This document shows, in pieces, positions 9,831 through 19,833 of a stretch of 64,000 nt of DNA. The position numbers and the translations under genes are program-made. The notes beneath the pieces are model-generated. The model was not told the origin of the DNA and ran no database searches. It saw only the letters and a program-made list of their open reading frames with translations. This DNA is from Candidatus Obscuribacteraceae bacterium (GTDB taxonomy: Bacteria; Cyanobacteriota; Vampirovibrionia; Obscuribacterales; Obscuribacteraceae): contig JBGASG010000002.1 in the NCBI GenBank assembly GCA_044229845.1, positions 1-64,000 on the forward strand. The letters are read 5' to 3'. Positions within the stretch are counted from its first letter, which is position 1. Each line of letters opens with the position of its first letter.

Positions 9831-10613
9831 ATGACCCCAACTACAACCCGAGTAGCGCCCGCGCTCCGAGCTCTGCTCGAAAACCTCATCGACTATGCCG
9901 GCATGTATCCGCCTGCCGGATTGCCGCTGGAGCAGACTCTCCAGAACTACGGCACGTACAGCGACGGCAACTATTCGTGGATGCTGCGCTGGCTGGTGAT
10001 CGGCGGCGCCGACCTGAAGAAGGTGCCGGCCTCGCTTGACGGAGCCCTGGCAGTGCTGGCGGAATCGGAAGAAACCCGCGCCGCGTCACTGGAGACCAAA
10101 GGCGTGGTCTCGGCTCAGCGCCCGGTTTATGTCGAGGTGGCGCTCAACGATTTGAACAAGCTGGACGCCGTCAAGCAAGCGGGTTGCTTCGGAAAAATCC
10201 GCACCGGCGGCGTCAAGCCGGAAGCCATTCCGACACCGGCAGATGTGGCCGCCTTCATCCTGGCTTGCGCGGACCGGCGGCTGCCATTCAAGGCTACCGC
10301 AGGGCTGCATCATCCGATCCGGGCGGAGTATGCGCTCACCTATGAGAGCGACGCACCGCGGGCGGTGATGCATGGTTTCCTCAATGTCCTGATGGCATCA
10401 GCGTTTGCCTGGCAGGGCGAACGGGATGTAGAACCGATCATTGCAGAAACCGATGCCGGCGCGTTTTCGTTTGACGACGAGCACGCGCACTGGCGCGACA
10501 AGTCTGTGAGCACCGCGCAGATTCGCGATGCACGGCAAAACTTCATGCACTCTATGGGTTCCTGTTCATTCGACGAACCCGTGCACGAGCTGCAAGCGCT
10601 GGGACTTATCTAA
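9831..10613 (+). CDS. Conserved hypothetical protein (DYAGxYPPA / FKATAGLHHP family)
   Basis: LIDYAGMYPPA, KIRTGG, FKATAGLHHP, HGFLN, GSCSFDEP motifs. Confidence 0.85.
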   Translation: MTPTTTRVAPALRALLENLIDYAGMYPPAGLPLEQTLQNYGTYSDGNYSWMLRWLVIGGADLKKVPASLDGALAVLAESEETRAASLETKGVVSAQRPVYVEVALNDLNKLDAVKQAGCFGKIRTGGVKPEAIPTPADVAAFILACADRRLPFKATAGLHHPIRAEYALTYESDAPRAVMHGFLNVLMASAFAWQGERDVEPIIAETDAGAFSFDDEHAHWRDKSVSTAQIRDARQNFMHSMGSCSFDEPVHELQALGLI

Positions 10614-10614
10614 G

Positions 10615-11832
10615 GTGCGTGCCGATCGCGCCATTTTGTGCGGCATGCTGGCGGCATGGCTTGGCGGCAGCTTTGCAGTGCCGCGCGCGCAGGCGCAGTG
10701 GAGTCCGGGAGGAAACCCACCCGGCATGTCGCCGGGAAGCAACGAGGCGACGGTGGCCAACCTGCAGGAAGCCGACCTGCAACGGCGGCTTGCGCAGATC
10801 GACGCCATGGTGCAACAACGCATGCCGCAACAAGACTTGCCGGCCTATTGCTTGACCGTAATAAAGTACGGGCGCGTGGTGTTTCACAAAGCCTACGGAT
10901 TCGCCGATTTGCAGCAGCACATTCCGGCATCGAACGAAACGGTCTTCGGACTGGCATCCAACACCAAGACGTTCACCGCCCTCGCACTGCTCTCTCTGGT
11001 GGACCAGGGACTGGTCAACCTCGACGATCCGCTGGCCAAATATATTGACGGGTTGACACCGCCCTACCGCGGACTGACCATCAGACAACTGGCGTCCATG
11101 ACTGCCGGGGTTCCGAAGGTGGTATCACAAGAAGTCCCGTGGCGTCAGCAACTGGATATCCTCGACCACACGCCGCTCGTGTCGCAGCCCGGTTCGCAGT
11201 TTCTTTACTCGAACTTCAGCTATCGTTTACTGGGTTCGGTCATCGAGCGCGCTACCGGTCGCCCATATTTCGAAGTGGTGCGCGACACGATTTTGGCACC
11301 TTTACAGATGAACAGCACCGCCACCACAGTCATGCTGCAGCCCACAGGGCACGTCGCGCAAGCCTATGGTGACAACGGTGGGCGCGGACCGTTGCACGCC
11401 ATTGAATATAAGAACCCGGCAATCTCGTTTGCCGCCGGTATGCTGGCCAGCACCAACGACGACCTGGTCAACTATGTTTTCGGGCTGCTCAATCGCCGCA
11501 TATTGTCCGAGCAGGGGTATCGCACTCTCTGGTACGACCGCCCGCCGCTGACCACCGGGCAGCCCTCTAACTGGGCATTCGGCTGGGGTTCCGCAATCAA
11601 CACAAACTTCGGCACGCGCACCGTCAGCATGAATGGTGGCACTCCCGGTGTGGCGTCATCGATCATCATATTGCCCGAGCAGAACGCCGCCGTCATCGGG
11701 CTGTGCAACATACAAAAACCAGCGGCGCACGACGTCGCACGCGAAGCCGCGCGGCTTGCCTTCGGACAAAGTGATGCGGCCCCGCCGGGCGAAGCCGGCG
11801 AGGCTGATTACGGAGGAGAGTCTGCGCCCTGA
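10615..11832 (+). CDS. Serine hydrolase, beta-lactamase/class C PBP family
   Basis: SxxK (ASNTK) and YSN motifs, signal peptide; GTG start right after the upstream stop. Confidence 0.9.
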   Translation: MRADRAILCGMLAAWLGGSFAVPRAQAQWSPGGNPPGMSPGSNEATVANLQEADLQRRLAQIDAMVQQRMPQQDLPAYCLTVIKYGRVVFHKAYGFADLQQHIPASNETVFGLASNTKTFTALALLSLVDQGLVNLDDPLAKYIDGLTPPYRGLTIRQLASMTAGVPKVVSQEVPWRQQLDILDHTPLVSQPGSQFLYSNFSYRLLGSVIERATGRPYFEVVRDTILAPLQMNSTATTVMLQPTGHVAQAYGDNGGRGPLHAIEYKNPAISFAAGMLASTNDDLVNYVFGLLNRRILSEQGYRTLWYDRPPLTTGQPSNWAFGWGSAINTNFGTRTVSMNGGTPGVASSIIILPEQNAAVIGLCNIQKPAAHDVAREAARLAFGQSDAAPPGEAGEADYGGESAP

Positions 11833-11844
11833 ACGGGCTCTGCT

Positions 11845-12402
11845 CTATTGCTTCATCAATTTGTATCCGGCGGGAACCTGAAACACAGTTGCAGGCGGCG
11901 CACCGGCAATTGACTTTAGACTCATCACGGTTTTGCCGGCGGGAGACGTGGTCGTCGATTCGACCACAACCTTCACATCATCACCGATCCATACTTCGCT
12001 CCTGCCGCTGGGATTGGTGTAGGCGTAGCCATGGCACGGATGACCCTTGATCACTTTGGTGCCGATGGACTTGCCGCCGGCTTTCTTCACGCTGTTCTCG
12101 TCCGACACATAACTGCCGTTGTCGGGCAGAACACTCTGCATGGCCATTTTGCCTTGCTCGATCAATGTCGTGCTCGTCTTTTTCTGGTAGTCGACGAGCG
12201 TCGTGTAGGTCGCGCCAGCCGCGGATGTTGCGGTGAGAAACTTGCCGGCGCCGTTCGATGCCATGCGCAATTCGGATTTACCGGCAGCGCTGCTCAGATC
12301 GTATTTGGCATCGAAAGCGTTGGTCGGATAATCGGCTGCCATTACAGATGGTGCCGTCGCCATTGCGATGCAGGCGGCGGCAATCAATGGATTGAGTTTC
12401 AT
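11845..12402 (-). CDS. Secreted protein, DUF4412/LolA-like
   Basis: Signal peptide; IGTKVIKGHPC, EVWI and FQVPAGYK motifs; GGAG RBS. Confidence 0.8.
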   Translation of the reverse strand: MKLNPLIAAACIAMATAPSVMAADYPTNAFDAKYDLSSAAGKSELRMASNGAGKFLTATSAAGATYTTLVDYQKKTSTTLIEQGKMAMQSVLPDNGSYVSDENSVKKAGGKSIGTKVIKGHPCHGYAYTNPSGRSEVWIGDDVKVVVESTTTSPAGKTVMSLKSIAGAPPATVFQVPAGYKLMKQ

Positions 12403-12625
12403 ATTCACTCCTCGGAATATATTTGTGACCGTGAAGGGGCTAACGCCGCAGCCTGGCAATTTAGGATGTCAGAAGATGAGGCTTTAGTCACCGCCCGATT
12501 CTTGTGCAGGGGTGGGGCTTCTGCGACTTTAACCCGCCTCGATGTCTAGAAAAGTAGACCAACGGATATAAACAGATACCCCGACCGAAGACGTTCGCTC
12601 CCACCAGTAGCGTAAGGCGGTATCC

Positions 12626-12880
12626 ATGGCATCGATCTTTGCCGACTCCCAGCGAGACGGCACCAAAGTTCATTTGCCCAAAATTCTTGACGACAAAGAA
12701 CTCGCGGAAAAATGTCGGCAAGCCTTGTTGGGTGCTCTTCCGAAAAAACCGGATGACGCGATGAAAATCGCACTCGGACAGATCCAACAGAAGCCATCGG
12801 ACCACAACTCGAGTCCCGCAGATCGCCTGCAACTCGAATTCCCCGACTGCTTCCCCAAGAAGAAGCCGGGCTCCAAGTAG
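12626..12880 (+). CDS. Small hypothetical protein
   Basis: 84-aa ORF with AAGG upstream; fills the gap between neighbours. Confidence 0.55.
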   Translation: MASIFADSQRDGTKVHLPKILDDKELAEKCRQALLGALPKKPDDAMKIALGQIQQKPSDHNSSPADRLQLEFPDCFPKKKPGSK

Positions 12881-13095
12881 CCGCTTCGCACCACCGACCC
12901 GCATCGTAATCTGCTGCTTCCTCCGGGGAGCGTATGCGTTTGCACTTGATGGGAAGAATCCCACCAACAATCATGGCTCCTCATTGACTTTCCCAGAAGA
13001 CGGGAATATCTTAGCCTTGAGTTCTCGCATCTCGCTGCCCGCGCTGCGTATCCCGAAAGGGATAGGTTGTGTCGTGCACCCGCAGGCTACGCAAA

Positions 13096-14601
13096 ATGGC
13101 CGGAAATCAAATACCCCTAGATTCATCAAACCCGCCCGGCGTCCCGCCGGTAGAAACAGGCTCCGACACCAGCACCAACCCTGCCAGTGATATCGCTGCC
13201 GACATCTGGTCGTCCGGCTATTGGGACGATAGTGCCTGGACGCAGCATTCGGCGTTTCTCAATCCGTATTCGCTGAACAATGATTTCGTCAGCTGGACAC
13301 CGGCTTCAGAGGTGACCGGTGCCCTCAGTGACACCACCGGCGGCGGCACGCCTCAACCCGGCGAGGTGTCGTCCGACCAGTTTCACCAGGTGCTCTCCGG
13401 TGCCAAATCGTTCAAACTTACTACCACCGAGCAGAATGCAGGAAACAATACAGCACCCGACTACATCCTGGGTACTGACGGCAAACTGCGAAGAAACCCG
13501 GACAAGCAAACGCCCAATCCGGACGGCTCGGTGAATGTCGAAATTCAGGGAGCAAACGGACAGGCGAATCAGGGACTATCCGATGCACTAAAACAAGCCA
13601 GCGAGAATCAAAAGAGCTGGGCTCGGGAAATGATCCAGTACTGGACCAATTCACCCGAGCATCAGGGCGAACCGATCCCCTCCGAATGGCAGGACATTCT
13701 CTCCACTCAGCCTGATCTTCCTGACCCGGATCAGTCTGCCTCTTCCGACACGACCGTGCCGCCTCAAGGTGGGCAAAATGTCATCGACGGCGACACGCAA
13801 CCGCCACCGACGACAGACACGGGCGGCGCAACGCCGGCGCCGTCCTTCGACGGTGGTGGCACCGGTGGCGGAACAGGCGGCGGCACTGGGGGCGGCACTG
13901 GGGGCGGCACTGGTGGTGGCACCGACTACGGCGGCACAGATACACTGCCTCCGCCCAGCACGGACTACTCAGATCCCGGTCGGGGCAACGCGTCTTTTGA
14001 CGGCACCGTCATGGACAAAGGCAACCCCAACGACTTCTTCATCTGCCAGTTCCTCGATCCAAAATTCAATCCCAATGGACCACCCTCCAGCGAAGACTGC
14101 GGACCGGCAAGCCTGGCGATGATCGCCAAATATTATGGCGTCGCATTCGATGACGTTAACACCGGCAACCGTGTCAACGCCCAGCAAGCAGATCCAAATA
14201 CGCTCGTGCACGCAGTCAGAGGATTGATGACCGGCAACGACAACTCAGCTCGCGGCACAGGCGTCGGCGAGGTAGAGTCGGCCGCACGAGCGATGGGCTT
14301 GCAAACAGCCATGGTAAACAACAAAGGCGATCTGGATGCACAGCTTGCGTCCGGGCACATGGTGGTTCTGTCGGGCAATCCGCGCGACTATCAGAAAGAC
14401 CTCGGATTGCATTACGGCAAAGGTGGTGGCATCTATGACGGCGGGCACTTCATCACCGTAGTCGGGAAGGACGGCGACAACTATGTAGTCAACGATCCGG
14501 CGACGCACGGAGGGTCGATGACGCTGACGCCCAAACAAATGGATGGCTACATCGCCAACCAGGGCGCCACCCAAGAAATTGGCACCGCAGTGTGGAAATA
14601 G
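13096..14601 (+). CDS. C39-like cysteine peptidase with long low-complexity N-terminus
   Basis: Q...DCGPASLAM (Cys), GHFITVVG (His), VNDP (Asp); no signal peptide. Confidence 0.85.
   Translation: MAGNQIPLDSSNPPGVPPVETGSDTSTNPASDIAADIWSSGYWDDSAWTQHSAFLNPYSLNNDFVSWTPASEVTGALSDTTGGGTPQPGEVSSDQFHQVLSGAKSFKLTTTEQNAGNNTAPDYILGTDGKLRRNPDKQTPNPDGSVNVEIQGANGQANQGLSDALKQASENQKSWAREMIQYWTNSPEHQGEPIPSEWQDILSTQPDLPDPDQSASSDTTVPPQGGQNVIDGDTQPPPTTDTGGATPAPSFDGGGTGGGTGGGTGGGTGGGTGGGTDYGGTDTLPPPSTDYSDPGRGNASFDGTVMDKGNPNDFFICQFLDPKFNPNGPPSSEDCGPASLAMIAKYYGVAFDDVNTGNRVNAQQADPNTLVHAVRGLMTGNDNSARGTGVGEVESAARAMGLQTAMVNNKGDLDAQLASGHMVVLSGNPRDYQKDLGLHYGKGGGIYDGGHFITVVGKDGDNYVVNDPATHGGSMTLTPKQMDGYIANQGATQEIGTAVWK
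13852..13923 (+). repeat. Six imperfect 12-bp repeats encoding (GGGT)6
   Basis: GGNGGYGGMACN units read directly in the sequence. Confidence 0.85.
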
Positions 14602-14615
14602 CGGTTCAGTAACAA

Positions 14616-14862
14616 TCAATGCGGCGGCAACGGCGAAACCACTGCAGAAGCGTCGGCTGCCGCGCCGTCTCTTAACTGGTTTGCATGACGGTGCATGATG
14701 CTGAAGATCACCGGCACCCACACCAGCGTGAAGAAAGTCGCGACAATCAGTCCGCCGTTCACAGCGCGTCCAAGTGGTGCGTTGTGGGCACCACCGGCGC
14801 CACTGCCGATAGCCATCGGAATCATGCCGATGATCATGGCAGCCGCGGTCATCAAAACCGGA
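14616..14862 (-). pseudogene. 3' remnant of an AcrB/CzcA-type RND permease gene
   Basis: PVLMTAAAMIIGMIPMAIG...NAPLGRAV.GGLIVATFFTLVWVPVIF matches RND TM11-TM12; the remainder of a ~1000-aa permease is absent. Confidence 0.85.
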
Positions 14863-14962
14863 CCGCAAAGAGGCACTGGCTGCTGGTGCCAGCGACCTGT
14901 ATGTGAAGCCGGTTCTCAGCAAAGACCTGGAAGAGATCCTGTCCAAGTACCTGCCCGAATAA
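14861..14962 (+). pseudogene. 3' remnant of a response-regulator receiver domain
   Basis: Manual translation DRKEALAAGASDLYVKPVLSKDLEEILSKYLPE* matches alpha4-beta5(KP)-alpha5; no start codon, and an in-frame stop lies upstream at 14831. Confidence 0.75.
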
Positions 14963-14979
14963 CGTCACAAACGATTTCG

Positions 14980-15792
14980 TTACCAGTATTTGGCGTGGTC
15001 CTGCACGGTGGTGCCTCCGCTCCGGAAGCGGCTTGCCGCGCCGGAGTCGCCGGCATTTTCGGCTTCACGGGCGCGCCGCTCCGAGTCTGAGACGCTGTTG
15101 TTCTGCCAGTCGCTGCTGCCCGATGACGAGGATGACACTTGATCGGAGCTGCTCATGTTGGTCATGAACTGCCCAGACATAAGAGCCTTTACCGCTGCTG
15201 CATCGGCAGCCGCCATGCGCGCCGAGTCTTGATTGGCGTACTTATTGATGTGCCCGAGGAGCAATTGAGCTTTCTTGCGAACCGACGGCTGTCCGCCTGT
15301 GGTGCGGAGGCTTGCCTGCAAGTGGAGTTTTGCATCGGCATATCTGCCTTGCGAGCATTCGCGCGTCGCCATCAAGTAGGTCCAGGTCGGATTGTTCGGT
15401 TCCAGCTTCTGCATCTTGCGCCACATGATTTCCAGCATGTTGAGCGCTTCGCAGTGAGCCCAGCCTTCGTAGGGATCGCCGGTTTGCATTTGGGTGCGCG
15501 CCGCGATGGTCAGGCAAGCCACGGCACGGCGACCGAGTGCCACCTGCATTCCATAGGGAATCGGTGTGCGGGAAAAATTATCGTCGAGCAGCGAATAGTA
15601 CTGGTTGCCGGCGCCGTTGTAATCGCCGCGGGCTTCGTCTTCACGGGCCTGGCGCACCGACTCGACAAAGCTGGCATCTTGCGCTTGGGCAACTTGCGGC
15701 TGCCAGGCACTGTATATGGTGCCGAACGCGGTGGCTGCCAATACCAGTGGCACGCATGCCGCAAGCGAAACGATTCGTTTAGTGATGATCAT
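14980..15792 (-). CDS. Secreted hypothetical protein with TPR-like helices
   Basis: Signal peptide (AQA); LEPNNP...GRYADA TPR-like segment. Confidence 0.75.
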   Translation of the reverse strand: MIITKRIVSLAACVPLVLAATAFGTIYSAWQPQVAQAQDASFVESVRQAREDEARGDYNGAGNQYYSLLDDNFSRTPIPYGMQVALGRRAVACLTIAARTQMQTGDPYEGWAHCEALNMLEIMWRKMQKLEPNNPTWTYLMATRECSQGRYADAKLHLQASLRTTGGQPSVRKKAQLLLGHINKYANQDSARMAAADAAAVKALMSGQFMTNMSSSDQVSSSSSGSSDWQNNSVSDSERRAREAENAGDSGAASRFRSGGTTVQDHAKYW

Positions 15793-15807
15793 TGCTTGTC
15801 AAAGCTC

Positions 15808-16632
15808 CTACTGGATCAGACGGAAGTCGCGTTTGCGTTGTCCACCGAATGCTGCTCGCCCGAGTGCCGGCAGTCCAAACTGCTCGACCTCATCTCCCGA
15901 AGGAGGAATCGGGAAGCCTGTCAGCAAAAGTGTTTTCAAATCTCCACCCGGTACGCTGACCGAGCCGGGCGACTTGGGCTTCCAACCGCTGGTGTCTTTC
16001 GACTGACGTTTTCCAAATCCCATGTTGATCCATTTCTCGCCACCGGGATTCATTGAAGGGTCGTAACCACCGCCGCCGCCGCCACCATATCCGCTACCGC
16101 CGCTACCGTAACCGCCGCCACCATAACCGCCACCACCGCCGCTACCGTAACCGCCGCCACCATAACCGCCACCACCGCCGCTACCGTAACCGCCGCCACC
16201 ATAACCGCCACCACCGCCGCCGCCATATCCGCCCGACGAGCCCGCACCACCTTTACGCGTCCACTCCGTGTATCCCCACCTGCCGGTGGTGGAAAACTGA
16301 TTTGCGCTCATGACTCGAAACGTGCCGTTGTCCGGTCCCACATTCGTCGTCTTGAAGTAGCGACTGCCGTCGGTTGTGATGCGCCCGTTCTCTGACATAT
16401 TACCGCCGGGACCGCGCGACGTGACAGTGTAGTTGCCCGTCGGGTCAATCTTCCATTCAATCAATATGTCGCCGTTGGGTCGGCTGAGGGTGGTCTGCCA
16501 GGTTCCGCAGATTCCCTTATCTGTAATAGCTGACGCATCGCCGACCGCGAAGCTGGTCGCAATCAGAGCCGAGATTGCCGCCGCCGCGCCCAGCCGGCGA
16601 CTGAGACTAAATCGCATTTTCGGAGTTCTCAT
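15808..16632 (-). CDS. Secreted protein with beta-barrel-like domain and Gly/Tyr-rich repeat
   Basis: Signal peptide, GTW motif, GGGGYG repeats; start uncertain (16632 or 16617). Confidence 0.75.
   Translation of the reverse strand: MRTPKMRFSLSRRLGAAAAISALIATSFAVGDASAITDKGICGTWQTTLSRPNGDILIEWKIDPTGNYTVTSRGPGGNMSENGRITTDGSRYFKTTNVGPDNGTFRVMSANQFSTTGRWGYTEWTRKGGAGSSGGYGGGGGGGYGGGGYGSGGGGGYGGGGYGSGGGGGYGGGGYGSGGSGYGGGGGGGYDPSMNPGGEKWINMGFGKRQSKDTSGWKPKSPGSVSVPGGDLKTLLLTGFPIPPSGDEVEQFGLPALGRAAFGGQRKRDFRLIQ
16100..16216. repeat. Three perfect 39-bp tandem repeats
   Basis: CCGCTACCGTAACCGCCGCCACCATAACCGCCACCACCG at 16100, 16139 and 16178. Confidence 0.9.
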
Positions 16633-16721
16633 GAGAAGTGAACCACCAAGTGCACTAAATCGCCGCAGTATAGCATCGGCTGGACAATTTCGCCCGGTTT
16701 TCAAGCTGCGAATTGTCCAAT

Positions 16722-17645
16722 CTACTGGCTTATCTGCACGCTGCTCAACATGCTGGTGAAGACTTGCGCGCTACCTATATAAACCTTCTGTGGCGCAACT
16801 AGTTTGAACTTGTACTTGTTCTTGGTCCAGCCGAAGTAAACATACTGGTTATACGTCAGCTTACCGGCGGCGCCGCGAGAGTACGCCCGGTTGTACGCGA
16901 CAATGCTGCCCTTAGGTCCGATGCGCAAGAATTGCGGCACCGCTACTCGGGCATAGTCGTGGCGCTGCTCGTGTTCGCGATCTTCATCCACCACCCAGGC
17001 AGCAACGTCTTTGTCGCTTGCGGTGTGGCGGATGGAAATATAGCTGCCATCCCCTGCTTGGAATTTTACGAAGTATCCATTCTCGAGTGGCTCTTTCGAG
17101 ACGTCCCAGGAGTTCGGATAGTCTACGGTTATGCCCTGAGCGGTGTATCGTTGCATGTTGGGGTTCTGCGTCCCTGCTCGCTTCCGCGCCTGCCCCAAAG
17201 CTTGCGCCTGTTGTTCATCGATGAGCGCCTCCACATGCAGAGCCGCCAACAACTGGTCCTTTGTTATAGCACCAGACGAGAATGCTTTGATATCGGAGAT
17301 GGTGACCACCACCTCTCGATAGTGCGCTGGTGCCGATGGTTCGTAAAAATGCAACTTGACACGAGCAACCGACGGATCGGCATCAATAATTTCCTTCGAT
17401 ACCGCCAACGCTTCAATCTTCAAGTCCGTTCCCGGAGCATGCGAAGTGAGGACATAAGTGCTGAGCGCAACCTCGCCGCCACTGATGGCAACGGTCACTT
17501 TGCGCCCTTTTCCAAACGCTGGCGACTTGCGTACAAGCTGCTCGACAGACCCGGCCGTGAGAGGCTCCGCAATTGCCACCCCAGGAAATGCCAGCCCGCA
17601 TACAACGGGCAACAAGAACACCCCACATATCAGTTTCTTCATCAC
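16722..17645 (-). CDS. Secreted protein with PsbP/DcrB-like C-terminal domain
   Basis: Signal peptide; GITVDYPNSW and F..MLSSV patterns; starts just after the kinase stop. Confidence 0.7.
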   Translation of the reverse strand: MMKKLICGVFLLPVVCGLAFPGVAIAEPLTAGSVEQLVRKSPAFGKGRKVTVAISGGEVALSTYVLTSHAPGTDLKIEALAVSKEIIDADPSVARVKLHFYEPSAPAHYREVVVTISDIKAFSSGAITKDQLLAALHVEALIDEQQAQALGQARKRAGTQNPNMQRYTAQGITVDYPNSWDVSKEPLENGYFVKFQAGDGSYISIRHTASDKDVAAWVVDEDREHEQRHDYARVAVPQFLRIGPKGSIVAYNRAYSRGAAGKLTYNQYVYFGWTKNKYKFKLVAPQKVYIGSAQVFTSMLSSVQISQ

Positions 17646-17646
17646 A

Positions 17647-19833
17647 TCAATTCTCAGTTGAACCGCGTTTGCGCAGCTCCTGCCTGTTTTTTTCTTCGCG
17701 CGCCTGAAGACTCACCAAGAGGCGCTTGACGACCCGTTGACGCAATTGGTCCGTCTCCTTCAGTTTTCCCATACGATCCATTTGTTTCACATACAACTGC
17801 CATGCCCAGCGCAAGGTTACATCATCACCGCCGCTGGTTTCTGCCAGTGAACGTTCCGTCAATGCCCGGGCATCAGCGGCGGCCTGCTGGTAGTCATTCT
17901 TCGACTCATCCAGAGAAATCTGCAATAAATCTGCTGATACCTCTGCGTTTCCGCGGTCCAAACCTTTCGTGCGCGCGCTGAGAGATCTTAGCTTTTCGTA
18001 AATCATCATGCAGATGTCGTAGCGTTTCATCCTGAGACAGGTCGCTGACAGTCCATTGAGACCCAACACCTTTTCCGCGTCACTGACGCTGGTATCGAAA
18101 TAAACGCGATCGATGACTTCGCTCAATCGTTTCTTGTAATCCTCAGCGACAAACATCTTGTACAACTGCAGGTAGTGATTCGGTCTGCGTTTCTCTTTTC
18201 CGGCAGCCAACTGATCATCAATATCCGTCAATCCAGCTATCTCCTCCGTCATTCCCAACGCCATGCATTCTTGCACAGCAGTCCGCACAGTCGCCTCCGT
18301 GCGCAGCTCGCCACTACGACGAATCGCATCAACTACCTTTTTCATCATGCCGCGAGCTTCCTCAGTTTTTCCCTGCAGTCGCTTTGCTTCGGACATCCTG
18401 GGGCCGTAATAGCATAGATGGGCGAGCCGGCTGACCTCGCGCGGGTCGGCGCCGAGAAGCCGGTCGAAGTATTCTTCCGCCAGTGCGTCTCTCCCTAAGG
18501 TGAATGCATTGGCAGCGATGGTCGAATAAAGCAACACAACGCTTTCCGGTCCTATTTCTTGTGCAATGGTCGTATCCGGTGTTTCCTTTTTTGCACTGCT
18601 CGGTTGGACGTCAGCCAGTGCCATATTCAAACAGCGCTCGTAGTCACCTAGTTCGGTCAGCTGTTGAAATTTTAACAGCTCAGCCTGCCTGAAGGCTGCA
18701 TAATCGCGTTTTCGGCGAGCTACCTCGCTAAAGTGCTGCAACTCTTCAAGCGAATAAGCAGGACGCATCAGCACGTAAGTGCTGTAGTTGCGAGTGAAGT
18801 TCCGCAACTCTTCCTCGTCGGCTACTTGCTGCATCTCGTACGCATGTTCTCCACGCAGATCGTTTAAGTGCGACACCACCAGCGCAACAGAAACGACACC
18901 AGTGATACCAAGCACAAAGAGCACCGCGAGCGAAGTTGACCAACGTCGCTTACCAACAGAGGTCGCACGATGAATCGGTGCTTTGATCGCCAGCGAAGGA
19001 TCGGCGACAAATTTGTCGAGTACTTCCCTCAAAGCGCCGAACGATTCATATCGAAGTTCCTTATTTTTTGTCAGGCAAGTAAACACAATTGCCTCCAGAG
19101 ACGGTGGCAGTCCAAGTCGCTGCGCAAACGGTGCGGGCGGTGCGGAGATCTGTTTCATCAACACCCCCACCGGTGTGTCGGCAGCGAACGGCGGCTCGCC
19201 TGTCAACACCTCATACATCAAACAACCAAATGAATAGATGTCGGAGCGGTTATCGAGTTTCTGCCCTTGCGCTTGTTCAGGGCTCATGTAATTAGGATCG
19301 CCCAGCACTTCGCCGGTTTTTGTCAGACGTTGCCCATCAGGACCATCCAGGAGCTTCGCCAATCCGAAATCGATCAGCTTGGCGCTCGCCGTTCCGTCAG
19401 ACTGATTGACCACGATGACATTGTCAGGTTTCAGATCGCGATGAAACACGGCGTTCGCGTGGGCAAATGCCATGGCGTCGCAGACCTGCAAAAAAAGCGG
19501 CAGCGCTTTGTCTGGTGGCACAGGTCCTCGCTCACGCACCATGCTGCCCAGGGACTCCCCCGCCAGGAGTTCGGTAGCCATGTACACCAGACCATCGACG
19601 TTCCCGAAGGAATACACCGAGAAGATGTTCTGGTGACGCAATTCCGAGATTATGTGCGCCTCGCGATGAAATCGCTTCATGCCTTCGGGATCGGCTGCAT
19701 ATCGCGGGTGCAATACTTTGATCGCCACGTCATTGCCCATGACTTTGTGATGGGCACGGTATATGGTACCGAATCCACCGGTGGCGATCAGTGCCACAAT
19801 CTCGTAGCGATCGTCCAGCACCGTCCCGATCAC
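17647..19833 (-). CDS. Hanks-type Ser/Thr kinase with TM helix and helical-repeat ectodomain
   Basis: ATGGFG, VAIK, HRDLKPDN, DFG, YMSPEQ, SDIYSFG motifs. Confidence 0.95.
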   Translation of the reverse strand: MIGTVLDDRYEIVALIATGGFGTIYRAHHKVMGNDVAIKVLHPRYAADPEGMKRFHREAHIISELRHQNIFSVYSFGNVDGLVYMATELLAGESLGSMVRERGPVPPDKALPLFLQVCDAMAFAHANAVFHRDLKPDNVIVVNQSDGTASAKLIDFGLAKLLDGPDGQRLTKTGEVLGDPNYMSPEQAQGQKLDNRSDIYSFGCLMYEVLTGEPPFAADTPVGVLMKQISAPPAPFAQRLGLPPSLEAIVFTCLTKNKELRYESFGALREVLDKFVADPSLAIKAPIHRATSVGKRRWSTSLAVLFVLGITGVVSVALVVSHLNDLRGEHAYEMQQVADEEELRNFTRNYSTYVLMRPAYSLEELQHFSEVARRKRDYAAFRQAELLKFQQLTELGDYERCLNMALADVQPSSAKKETPDTTIAQEIGPESVVLLYSTIAANAFTLGRDALAEEYFDRLLGADPREVSRLAHLCYYGPRMSEAKRLQGKTEEARGMMKKVVDAIRRSGELRTEATVRTAVQECMALGMTEEIAGLTDIDDQLAAGKEKRRPNHYLQLYKMFVAEDYKKRLSEVIDRVYFDTSVSDAEKVLGLNGLSATCLRMKRYDICMMIYEKLRSLSARTKGLDRGNAEVSADLLQISLDESKNDYQQAAADARALTERSLAETSGGDDVTLRWAWQLYVKQMDRMGKLKETDQLRQRVVKRLLVSLQAREEKNRQELRKRGSTEN

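Noticed and set aside
13049..13064. TATCCC-GAAA-GGGATA hairpin as a c-di-GMP-I riboswitch
   Set aside because: The second stem and conserved flanking nucleotides are not evident.
16100..16216. Tandem repeats as a possible CRISPR array
   Set aside because: The repeats are contiguous with no spacers, lie in frame within a CDS, and no cas genes are present.
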